Shown here one piece after another: positions 1-11,595 of a stretch of DNA of 64,000 bases. Source of the stretch: Hydrolagus colliei (lineage: Eukaryota); NCBI GenBank assembly GCA_035084275.1, contig CM068750.1, positions 7,068,001 through 7,132,000 of the forward strand. The letters run 5' to 3'. The notes beneath the pieces were generated by a model. The model ran no database searches. It saw nothing but the letters and a program-made list of their open reading frames with translations, and was not told the DNA's origin. The translations under genes were made by a program, and so were the position numbers. The stretch's first letter is position 1. Every line of letters starts with the position of its first letter.

Positions 1-55
1 TGACAGATGAGCTTTGTATTATTATTGTGTCTTGGTGGGTTCATAATTTACATAC

Positions 56-345
56 TTTGGTCAACGAGCTTCAGCGTTCTGGCATTCAGAATACTTCAAC
101 ATGTCATTCGGTGGCGTGAATACCAAACAAATATTCATCAGGAGACCAGAAGCCTTTTTTGTTACAGTTTCACACCCACGTAAAATCAGGATGTCCGGAT
201 TTCATCGCAGAAATAAAGTCGGGAGACTAGCAGCACACCAGAACACAGAAACTACTTTGACAAAATTAAAGAGCTCCAAACTAGTATTCGTTACCAGACC
301 TGAGTCTTGTTCACATGCATCACAGCACCTCACAGGAAGTCAACC
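56..345 (-). ncRNA. Candidate non-coding/UTR exon
   Basis: Minus-strand acceptor ctctctaacaccatctatattcag| with CTAAC branch point and donor caaa|gtatgt. CpG-retaining, with stops in all frames. Confidence 0.35.
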
Positions 346-439
346 CTGAATATAGATGGTGTTAGAGAGAGTTCCAATAAATCAGTGGGCCGGCCTTCTG
401 CATTTCTTGTGGAGACCTTTTAAAAAGCAGTTCAATGCA

Positions 440-560
440 ACAATAACAATAACAACAACAATAAAATTACATTTGTCTTTCACGTCAGGAGGACATCCCA
501 GGGAGATCGATTGGAGTGCAGTGGTGGGGGACGGAGGGTGGGAGTTCTGGAGGGATGAGA
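440..560 (-). repeat. L2-type 3' tail fragment
   Basis: (caa)n followed by ttcacgtcaggaggacatcccaggg, the reverse complement of the 28140-28205 tail. Similar short tails lie at ~12536-12600(-), 14865-14912(+), 19275-19325(-), 24040-24130(+), 40050-40115(+), 44530-44580(+) and 46560-46670(+). Confidence 0.8.
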
Positions 561-2075
561 TCAAATGCGCCTAAGAGTATTCTTTATCCAGACCAATGTG
601 ATGATCTTGTGAATTAAGAAATTCAATTTGAAATTGCTACGGTTTAAGTGTGTAAAATGCCAATGACAGCACAGTCCATTATAGAGAATGTGGCCACGCC
701 AACTTTAATAGTACAGTTTTTTCTTCTTTTTGAAAATAATACTCAAACATTGGAAAAAAAAAGTAGTTTATGACTACGGTCTAGAATAGATTATTCTTAA
801 TTCATTCACAATGTCACATGGAAAACCCTCGTACCATCAAGACGTTGTGGTAAGCATTATTCGTACCCTACACAGTGGAAACAGCAGTTTTAGCACCTTG
901 TGCAGTTTTATGCCATTTGCACCTTGCCTGTGCTGTAACCTGTTAAAATAAAATAGAGTTTTGCATTAGCACGTCATTACCATGCTCTGATGAAATCTGG
1001 ATATTTTCAGAAACAAGAAGGAGCAAAAACGATCCGAGTCTTAAATTTTTCCCACATGAAAAGTTCAGAGGAATTGATCCATGAGTGAAGGCAACGCCTT
1101 CTTTCCTTTTATCTGAAAAAAAATTGTTCTTCCTCAACATTCACAGCAATCTGCTTTTATCTAACAGGCGAAAGGCTGAGCAATTATAAAATACCCAAGT
1201 TACAAACTGTATTTAACATTTGCTAAACATTTAAAGTCGTGTAATTAAAAAAGGAAACTTGCCACCTGCAAACAAAGAACTAAGTACAGGGTTAAACGCT
1301 TCAACCCAATTCATAGACTATTAATGTGTAAAGTACAACATTTAATAGATGTTATCTCTTTTTTTACACCCTTTCCTCCACATTGCCTCTAAGTGCCAAT
1401 TCATTTTAATAAATGCATCCGAGCCTGTGTTTTTGAACGGAAGCATTAACTTGAAATGCCAGAGGCAATTAGTTTGAAAAAAAAGCAATATTGTTTAGTT
1501 TAAACGGGATAGAATTTTTTTTTATGGCCCCAAATACTTCCCTTATTATATACAGATGCCAGCTTAACATCATTGTCCCTGACGGGGGTTTTGCAGCTCT
1601 GCTGTAATAATGAGCTCCAGGACGACCCATTATGTGGGCGAAACACAAGCCTGCAGCAGGATTGGTTTCCAGGTCTAGTTAAAGGTTAATGCAGCATGTT
1701 TCTATTAAATTATTTTCCCTTTTCTTACCCTCCCAGTGCTAATTTTTATTAAGGAGGCAGTATCCCTTTTGGAGGCTCCACATTCTTGGTTTTTAAAAAA
1801 TAAAATAAAGACGACTCCTACAAGTTTTTTCTTCTTAGACTTTAAGGCATTCGTTCAAGCCAAAATGCATGTTTTCCTCCTTTAAACAAAAAGGGAAAGA
1901 CCAAGGAGACCAATAATGGACAAGAATTGATCAACTTTTCATTATGGAGCTGCACATAAAAACTGCACTGCAGCATTCCAACTGAATGTTAAAGGAAACC
2001 ACATGCTACGTTTTGTGAAGACTAATCTCCAGTAAAATTTGTTATTGAAAGTTTTCACCTTAAAAGGTTTTAACT

Positions 2076-2260
2076 TTCTTTCAGGCGAGACGTTAAACCA
2101 GGGTCCTGACTGCCTGTTCAGGTTGATATTAAAGAACCCATCCATGAAGCTATTTGAAAAGACAAGTGAGTTTCTCTCCCGATGTCCTGGCCTACAATCC
2201 TCTATTCATTCATCTCGTGTTTACTTGTGGGATGACTTGACGTTTTGGTCGCAAATGATA
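2076..2260 (+). repeat. Deu-domain SINE fragment
   Basis: ctttcaggcgagacgttaaaccagggtcctgactgcc..attaaagaacccat..ctcccgatgtcctggcc resembles the Deu core gtctttcggatgagacgttaaaccgaggtcc..gatcccatg..ggtgtcctggcc. Confidence 0.75.
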
Positions 2261-3509
2261 AACTTACTCTTGCTGGAACTAACCAAAAAATGTTTACAAG
2301 GAGAAAAAGTTGGTAGCTGGCTGCTAAGTAGCACAGTGACATAATACTGTATGCATTTTAACTTGTGTGCTTTCAATGCCATATTCCTGCTAAAATGTAA
2401 CAGAAACTGAGGCTCATCAAAACCATGCAAAAGGCCAATGTCCTGGGACTCTCAATGCCCATGGTAATAGAGATTATTCCTGGCATGTTCAAAATTAGAA
2501 TCTGACATTTAGATTTCACAGGAGTGGATCACAGATCAATCCAGAGAACATCTGTGAATATTTTGTTTGTTGCATTCTATGCAAAATGGCAGCATTACAC
2601 CCCAGACAATGTCAGAGGACATTAACGGTTAATTTAAACTTGAAAGAGTAGAAATAACTTTTGAGGCGGGCATTGCAAATGCTTGGCCATAGATGGCTGT
2701 CAGTGGTGAGATCTAAATACAATGATGGTACAAAAAAGTACAAAGAATGGTCACGTTTTAAGTAAACTCGAATAGAATGGGGGGGAGAAAGTAGTTTGTG
2801 CAGGTATCCACCATGCAGGGTTGTAAATGTGTTTCCTGCCAGAAATGTTTACTTGTTTTCTCAGCATTAATTGGAAAGAGTTACATTTGGTTTGTTAAAA
2901 ACAATGTACATCGCATAAGGAATGTATTTTCTCATTAACAAAAATATGAGGGATGAATAATACTTCTGTCTTTATTTAAGCAATAAGTGGTGACTGAAAG
3001 TAATAAAGTCTAGATGCAGTGCAGATGTTTTTCCATCCACAACTTGATGTTATCCACTCAACATTCTTCCCAGTAGTTTCACCCATATTATTTTCAGTAT
3101 CGAAGGTGCATAAGCTCCCTCAAAAGCTCAGCTGGTAAAGGTACCAATCCAAATATATGGTCATAAAATTTAACCCTTGATATGATAGTCCATTTTCCTG
3201 GATAACACTGGCACCCACTGTGAAGGGTAGACACAAGAAGAATAGCAACATATAGTACTGGAGAATTCCTGAGGTTTGTTCATCAGTATAACATGACTCA
3301 GCTACTGAAGCAGAAGAGGGGAGAAAGCTGCAAAGAAACTGATAAATACATCTTGTGTACACTAAATTAAATGCACTTTTGAGAGCATCATTTCAATGAG
3401 CTGAAGCACACATTCAACAATGGAGTTTCATTTCCATGGTAACTCTTCGATCAGAGGTTGCAGTGTGAAGACATTTTCACAAGTGTCTTCACCACTTGAA
3501 CAAAATCGA

Positions 3510-3688
3510 TAATAATAATTAGGTCCACTCAATCCACGACTGTTTGTGAGACACTGCTGCACACAATTGGCTGCCACAATTCGCCCACAATTATACAGTC
3601 AATTCACTTTACAGTATATTCTGTGAAGCGATTTGAGACATCTGGAAGACATGATAAAGCCTTATATCAAATGGAAGGATTATTATTT
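3510..3688 (+). repeat. tRNA-SINE 3' half (same family)
   Basis: caatccacgactgtttgtg..caattcactttacagtatattctgtgaagcg..tatcaaatggaaggattattatt. Confidence 0.88.
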
Positions 3689-4404
3689 AATTCTTGACCA
3701 AATCCACAATCAATTTGAAATGGACAATCAACACAGCCATATCAGACTTTGGATGGGAAGTGGCAGAATAAATTTAGAAGACATATATTTGAACTTCTGC
3801 CACAACTAATTTAGACTTCTTATAGTTTTCATTGTTTAAAACAGAAATGTGGCCCATTTGAAGTATGGCAATTGGTAATGTGGCATCACAACTCTATATT
3901 AAAAGAGCCCAATATCCTAAGATGCCTCTTTTACTCCATCATTGTAACTTGAGACAATTTGCAACTTTATCCTGGTAGAATTGGGTCCACCCCAACGTAA
4001 GGCAGCCGATATAATTCACATGGAATTAGAAATAAATAGGAAACTTACCCCCAAAGAGTTGACTTAATTGTCTTCTGATGTTGCGTTTAGTTAATCACAA
4101 CCAGTCTCCCAACATGAAACTGGCACCTTTGTCAGCCTGCCATCAATTGATTCTCTCAATAGCAGCTTGATGATGGAATTGACATCTCGCATCATCTGCC
4201 CCCTTAATTTCTCATTCAATAATGCATCACACATGTGCCAAACAACTTCACTGCGAGTGCCCCCCACCCCATTAGGTAATGTAATGTAAACAGGGCCCTA
4301 AGCAGTTAATATTTCATGCAATACTGAGGAGGATGTGAGGCTATGTGGGGAATGAAAATGTCTACTCCTGTTCTGACTTGACATCCAGGAACTCACCAGT
4401 AAAC

Positions 4405-4562
4405 TTTTGTGGGACACCGCTGTGTGCAATTGGCTGCTGTGTTTCACCCACAAAAATACAGTCAATTCACTTTACAGTATATTCTTTGAAGCACCTTGAG
4501 ATGTCTAGAAGACGTGAAAAGTGCTATATCAAATGCAAGGATTATTAAGGATTATTATTACT
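4405..4562 (+). repeat. tRNA-SINE 3' half (same family)
   Basis: Same body and tail motifs, with a duplicated aaggattatta tail. Confidence 0.88.
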
Positions 4563-5047
4563 ATATGCCTGGCTGAGAGCAGCCAACACAACTCAGACTG
4601 GTAGGGAAACTTGACCATTCCAAGGCAGTACTATTCTGTTCACAATTATGAGTGTCAATGCTAGGCAATGCCTCTGTGAAGAATATTGTATTCTAATTAA
4701 TAAGAATTCAGGCAGATTGTCTGGTGGAAGCAGAAACAAATCCACTTTCACCAGTCTCAGCTCTGCCAATGACAGTACTCCAACCAAAACAACATGGCAA
4801 AAATGCCTTTCCTCCTTGTGTGAGCCTGTGTACTTGATGATGGCTGTCTGTAGGTAATTCAGGCATGAGCCAAGCCCTATTCTATTCTCACCAGGCATCC
4901 CCATAGGCACATATGCAGTAGAAACAACTGCATTCAGCATTGGCTGTCCTGAATGATTCTTCCCCTCCCAAACACAGGTCATTGGAGTGTCTTGTTTGCC
5001 TGCCCTGGCTGAGATCAACTTGGTGCAAAAGGCCTAAGAGCCATACT

Positions 5048-5340
5048 TAATAATATAATAATAATCCTTGCATTTGATATGGCGCTTTCCACATCTTATC
5101 GACGTTCCAAAGCGCTTTACAGAATATACTGTAAAGTGAATTGACTGTATATTTGTGGACGAATCGCGGCAGCCAATTGCGCACAGCAGTGTTCTACAAA
5201 CAGTCATGGATTGAAATGACCAATTTTATTATTGTGGTTTTTTTGGATGGATTATTATTAGGCGTGTGGAGTAAGGAAACTTGCCCAAGGTTTCGCCCTG
5301 ACCTGCCTAGATTCGAATACAAGTCTCCCCAGCTTGCAAG
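5048..5340 (-). repeat. tRNA-SINE copy (same family)
   Basis: aataatccttgcatttgata..gaaacttgcccaaggtttcgccctgacctgc, the reverse complement of 56130-56409. Confidence 0.9.
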
Positions 5341-5354
5341 ACAACTGCAGTTGT

Positions 5355-5414
5355 CTTGAGGGGCACAGGGGTAATTCTGGTCAGTTTGGCCTTGAGGGGC
5401 ACAGGGGTAATTCT
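5355..5414. repeat. Perfect 24-bp direct repeat, period 36
   Basis: cttgaggggcacaggggtaattct at 5355-5378 and 5391-5414. Confidence 0.9.
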
Positions 5415-7140
5415 TTGCATCAAATCTGTCTATTTCATAGGATTTAGTACAGTTATTCTACCCCCTGAATTATGAAGAATGTGAAATATTTAAAGATATA
5501 CCTTGGAAAATAAAATAAGAAAGTTTTCAGACTATGAAACAGTCAAAACATAGCTCCAAATGATTGTTTGTTTAATAGCTATGTATTGAATATAAAATTT
5601 ATTATTTGGTAAGAGGTTATGTTGAGATCCCTTATTATTGAATAAAAATGCTTTCCTGCCAGAGAACAATCCTTCCCCCCAACTGCTTGTTGGGGTTCTC
5701 TTGGTTAAGGCCCTATCTGACTATTAGAGATTCCTTTCCGGACATTCCTTCAGTGTGCCCGAGTTCTTTGTGCAGTGAAAGGTCTCTAGTCATCAAACAC
5801 AAACAAATTAAACCCCTTGCTGCTTGTGTTTGGACATGCAAATAAAAATAACTCGGAGCCCCAGCTGGGCAAGCACGTGCTTTTAGGTAAGCGTTTTGGC
5901 CGACAGATCACACACAGTTTGCATTGCCTGCCTTAAACAGCTTGCACCGTCACTGCCGATCAGTAACTCAATGACTCATTAAAAAATGGGAACAATATGA
6001 GGTATTGTTCTGCCACAGTAGCCACCTGTTGATCTCAGGCCTTCCACAAGAGAATTGGGTTAATCTCACAGAACAGTTAACATAATCAATCCAGTGCCCT
6101 TAAATCTAGCAGTTGTGAGTGAAATTGAAGTGATGGGATAGATGTGTATTACAGATCTTTAGCTAAATGTGGCTTGATATGAGAGCTTTTCTTTGTAAGA
6201 AGTGGTTGTGGATAGCGCTTTGCAGAATCAATCCTCGATTTGTTATTTTACATTAGCAAAGACAAAAGATTTAAGGGAATCAGTTTCACTTAAAAAGCAC
6301 AGTACGATTGCGGTGGACTCATGAAAGCTGACCTTACAGCGTAAAGGTGAATTCTCTTTAAGAAAAACCTTCAAACAGATGTGTAATTATAAAAACATTT
6401 CTGCAATGAACCATAATCTTCTGTTTCTGGTGGAAAATTTCAGAATACATTTTTGGATGGTTCTGCTTTGCTGTTTGAGATTAAATCTTAAAAATACCCA
6501 AATGGTTTCATCTAAGCAGTAGACAAAACAGATGTAATCTTGCAAGATTTCAAGCTTTTGAACCCCAAATTGCAGTAAACATAGTTCATAATCATCTCCT
6601 GTTGTAGGTCAATTACAGTTTTGGTACCCCTACTTTCTGTTCCCATCTGCTTCTCCTTTACAATTGTTTTTTCTAAATAAGCTTTTGATGCTGCAAAAAT
6701 GATCAAAATATTGGGACAGTCATTCTCTTTCTACTTATTAAGTTAGTGCACGCACGCCTGCTTCACTTTTTGAAAAGCTTGCCCAATTATTTCAATGACG
6801 ACACTGAATGAGAATTATAACATATTAATCACATTAAGCTTACCAGTTAGAAATGCTAACATTAGACTCAGACTTCATGCATTTGTTTTGCAACCAATCT
6901 TTCTTCATTTCAAACACGTGTTATTTATACATTTTTTAAAATAGGATTAGACGGATTGCTCAGAGAGACAGCAGCGACAAACAGAGTTACCCTCTTGTCA
7001 GTAACCTCAAGAGGGAACTGCATAGTTTTCTGATAAAATAACGATTGGTGGGTATATACATGAGAATACAGAATATGGAACAGAAATATGCCATACAGCC
7101 TAACTGGTATGGATTAGCACTTTCAACTTTCTATTTGTAG

Positions 7141-7510
7141 AATAATAATAATAATCCTTGCATTCAATACAACTCCTTTCGTGTTGGGAGTCTATCTCAA
7201 AATGCTTGCCAGGATTCACTGTGAAGTGCAGAAACTCTATTTGTAGGTGAATTGCGACAGCCAATTTGTACACAGCAATGTCCCACAAACAATATGTTAT
7301 GAAGTGAACGTCCAATTCTATTTGGGGAAATGTTGGCCAGGACACCAGGAGAAACACCCTTCACTCTTCGAATGGTTGCCACAGGATCATTTAACCTCGT
7401 CCTGAATGACGGGACCTCGGTTTAATATTTCGTCTGAACTTCTAATAATGCCTACATTAAGTTCAAATTCCTTGTGTGGTGTTTAAATTTGCTACCATCT
7501 GAGCCAGGCT
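7141..7510 (-). repeat. Deu-domain SINE (SacSINE1/AmnSINE1-related), near full length
   Basis: Antisense Deu motifs as I recall them: ttggccaggacaccagga, gccacaggatcatttaac and gggacctcggtttaatatttcgtctga. Head gctaccatctgagcc; tail shared with the younger SINE. Confidence 0.75.
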
Positions 7511-9808
7511 CTCACCTGGAACATTCAAAACATACAGACACTGTACTGGTCAGTACCAGCCTGTACATTCTCATGACACATTTAAACTTTTTTTTTCCCC
7601 AAAATTCACACCACTTTAATCTAACGTTTATCCATTGTAATTGTGAAGACAAATTCCCTTCTTATTCAAATGAAAGTATTGCAAACATTACTCTGGAGAA
7701 CACTGAAACTATTTTTTTTGTGGGTAGAAGCGGGTGGGAAGACAGAGAATGAACGTTTTCTTGAAATTAATTCCACATTTGTTGATCTAATCTTGAATGA
7801 TTCAGAAGCTGCAGCATATTAAAAAAATTAGGAGCCATTAACAACAAATGACAAACCAGACAAAATTTCTTTTTAAAAATTCTTGTATCACATTAGAGTG
7901 AACGGTGGAAATAAATAATCTCAATGAATAATGCTCAAAAATGATAACCAAAAATGTGCTGCTTGATCATTTTCAACCTGCGGTCAAGCTGAAAGTTGCA
8001 TAGTTACATTCTTTCGTCCTCTTATTTAATTTTACCCATGGGTGCTTTCAGGAAGTACCAATTGGTGATGTCCCCTGGGAAAATATGGAATACATTTATG
8101 GAATTTTCAATCTCAACTCTTTCCTTGTTTTGTAACGAGACTGCGCGTGTTCTCCTCTTATAGGAGCTGGGACTGTGAGCCCCCGTTTTCAACGTTCCTG
8201 CTGTTTCACCTGCTTCTGCTTGGGCTTTCCCTAACTCTACATTTATTCGATGTCAGGCGTGGGGAGATGGTTTTCGAATTGAAGCAACGCAGTGTAAATC
8301 AAGTCAGACTGCACCCAATTCCAACCAACCTCTCGACTTTGTGCCTGCATTGGAGGCTTCTAATAGTATAAAAAGCAGCAGTCACACTCCTGAAGCTTTG
8401 ATAACATTAAAATAAATTAACTTGTGTCCTTGCCACTTAGCGGAAGCCTGCTTGTATGTCTCGTTCTGCATTGCTCAGAGCTCATAGCCCCTGATGAGGG
8501 GCAGGCAAGTATAAATCAAGTTTGCAAGTATAAATAGCTATAACGCCATAAGCAAAGTTTCATCGCTTCCAGCAGTATGAAATGGCAGAAAGTAAACATT
8601 ATCTTCATTCTTGATAAGGGGGTTCTTCACAATAATGAAGTGCTCAATGATGTTCAGCCATTTCATTTGCAAGGTTCTTTTTATGACGGCTGCTGATCAG
8701 TTTTTACTTAGAAGTAGGTACGTATAATGGACTGCCTGACTTTCGCTTAATCAGTCCAGGGAGTAAAAGTGTTCTATTGGTTCTATAGTCACTGTAAGGA
8801 CACCAGATATGGCAGGGTTAATGACATTAAGGTGTTCACGAACCTTGTAATTCTTCACAAGTTTTGTTCAGGAGTTTGCATCTCTGCCTAGAGCTAGAGC
8901 TTTTTTTTGAGGCAAGAACTGGGACTTTTCCCTCCTGGGTTTAACAGCAGCCACAGTGTCTTGTTCTTGTCAGTCTACAGCTTCAGCTGCATAAAAAAAC
9001 ATCAATTCATTGTGCTAGTATCAAAGCAACTTTATAATATTTCTTGGCAAATTCGAGCCAAATTTCAGCTTGGACTAAACACAATATTGCCAGTGTTGGA
9101 GGTTGTTTCCCCTCCTCTCCCTACCCTATTTCTCTCCCAACCTCCACTGAAAGGGTTAGATCTTGTGGGGTATGCTTGCTCTCTGTTGCTTGTAAGCCCA
9201 GACAGTGAGCACTGGCAGGATATTCAACCACACAGGTCAATATAACTGAGCCCAATTATACTCACTTCACAGCAGGAGGTCACAGCAAAGCAATTCAGAT
9301 ATGACACTCACAACATTGAATCCATGTAAATGGGTTAGGTCATCTTGAAGCAGTGTTTCTGTGCTGAATAATTTATTTTTTCCAAAATACGTGGGACAGC
9401 ACATTACACCACCTTTATGAAAGGGTTTCTTTTGACCAATGTTTAATGATTCAATCATGCCCATGTATCGAAATAGATGCCGAACCAGTCATTTTAGCTT
9501 CAATGCCGCTTTTTCTCCCTTTGCTTCACGAAAAAAGGGCTAGCAGTAATTCAGTTATCCCCTGCATTCCATGCCTGTGTCTTGGAAAGGATATCTACTG
9601 CTAAATCAGTGGTGCAATATTCATGTGTAAAGTTAGAAGCTACATGATGTATTTCTGCAGTGGTGAAACACTGGAAAGCTAGAAGATGCAATAACTAAAA
9701 GAACATTAAGATTGAAAGCAAAAGAAAGTATCCCCTTTCGTTAGATATGTGAAGTTCACAAACAAGTACCTTTGTTAAGAGCCAAGTGCAAATGAACTTC
9801 AATAGATC

Positions 9809-9923
9809 ATCCACATATGGCCATTAACCTAAAATCGTACACAGACATTGATCTTATCAGCCTATTATAATCCTCATTTATTGTTGATAAGATCAAGATT
9901 TTGGTTATTGGCCATATGTGGAT
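9809..9923. repeat. Imperfect inverted repeat (~40-bp arms)
   Basis: atccacatatggccattaacctaaaatc..tgatcttatca versus tgataagatcaagattttggttattggccatatgtggat. Confidence 0.85.
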
Positions 9924-11282
9924 TTATGTTTGAACCCTGGGTTACTTACAACCTTATAAGTGGTTGTTCAACAAAAGCCAGATGAAAGGAAAACTATGTA
10001 AACTCAAGACCTGGGCAGTAAAGGGGAGTTTTAAAACTTGCAATCTTTGGATTTATTGCCAATTTTAAAATCCCATCATATTTAATGGAAAACACACCTA
10101 CAGGAGTGCACTAATAAGTTGGACATTGGCAGAATGAGGATGAATGTATCAATGCTCCAAATTTGATTCAACCCAGTTGAATTTTGACCATTCAGGAAAT
10201 CAATCTTATCTTTTGTAAAAACAAATCTTAATTTTCTATCCATACACTCTTGCATCTTCACAGTTAGAATGATCAGTTAGCCCAGCTTGTTGTCATCAAA
10301 AGATATGGCATGTCATCTCTTGTCTATACCAAAAGTAGAATACTTTAATGATGTTGAAAGGTTGTATAATGTCCTTAAGCTGCCTGCTCAATACTGAAGT
10401 ATCTTCTGCAAATGAATAGTTGACCATCTGGGTATTTTACATTGGAATTATATGATAATATTGAGTAGATCAAGTTGTCTTCAGAATTGGAGATGTGGTT
10501 TAAACTATTGAATAATGTGGTGAATGGCCATTTTATGGGCTTGTTTCTTTAAACTGATGGATTGTTAAAAGAAAACATTCTTAACTATAAGAAGACAGTA
10601 TTCATGATAGATAATGTGCATTCCTATTGTATATTGTTCTACTGGCTGAAAGCTAGCTTCCTAATAAAATTGCTCCCAATAAATATAAATCTCTGGATTT
10701 GTTGAGGATGATGAAAGTGTGGGGTTGCGTTTAGGAGATGAACACTAATAGTAGTCAAAGAGTTTTATCATATTCTAAGTATCTACGTCTACGGATATTA
10801 TTTATAAATAGTGTGAACAACAATTTGCAGCTAGGCGATGCCCCATACAGAGCTTTGACTATTTCCTGGTGCTGTTTTGATGCTGAAGCATTTTTCAGTT
10901 CAATTAGCTACTTTTCCATTAATTTCATAAGCCTTAATCTTATTAGTAAAACTCTGTACATTAAATCTAGCAAATGCTTGAAAAATAAAATTAGATTAAA
11001 TCCACTGATTTTCTTTCGTTGTCTAGTTTGGTTATCACCTGAGAGAATTCCAGTAATTATTGAATTGAAATATCTACACTCACACGTGTAACTCTTGTCA
11101 AATATTGGCTTATTGTGAATTGATTACTTTTCTAAACTGCATAACAAACAGTTCAGTTCAAAAAATATTTTGGAATGTGCTTTTCCATTAATCTACTGAA
11201 GAAGAGGGACTGAGAGGTTACCTTACATATTAGAAGTCATTAAATATAACGTATAAGAGCTTTGTTGGTGAAGTAGATAAAG

Positions 11283-11595
11283 CTGGTTCAAATCTAGTTT
11301 GTGCTGAATTTTCTTGTCCCAGCCTGGGCTGAGGATGGGGACGATGAATTGACCCCAGCCTGCCCAGGGTTATGGAGGGGGATAATTGGCCAGGGTTCCT
11401 GCTCCTCAACCCTCTACAACATCATCTACTGGTTATGAACATGTGTGGCCACCAAACGGGGGAGGTCAGATTCAACCACGAAGTCCTCTGCAATTTATTG
11501 GCTGGCAGGCATTCACCACCAAGGCTCACACATGAACAATTGATATCTTGGTAATCTATCGGAGTATCCATGGAATTGCACCCCAGCAAGTCAAT
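11283..11595 (+). repeat. Ancient tRNA-derived SINE, AmnSINE2-like
   Basis: ggttcaaatc..gtgctgaatt..ggccagggttcctgctcct..aggctcacacatgaa..ggaattgcaccccagcaag. Confidence 0.6.
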
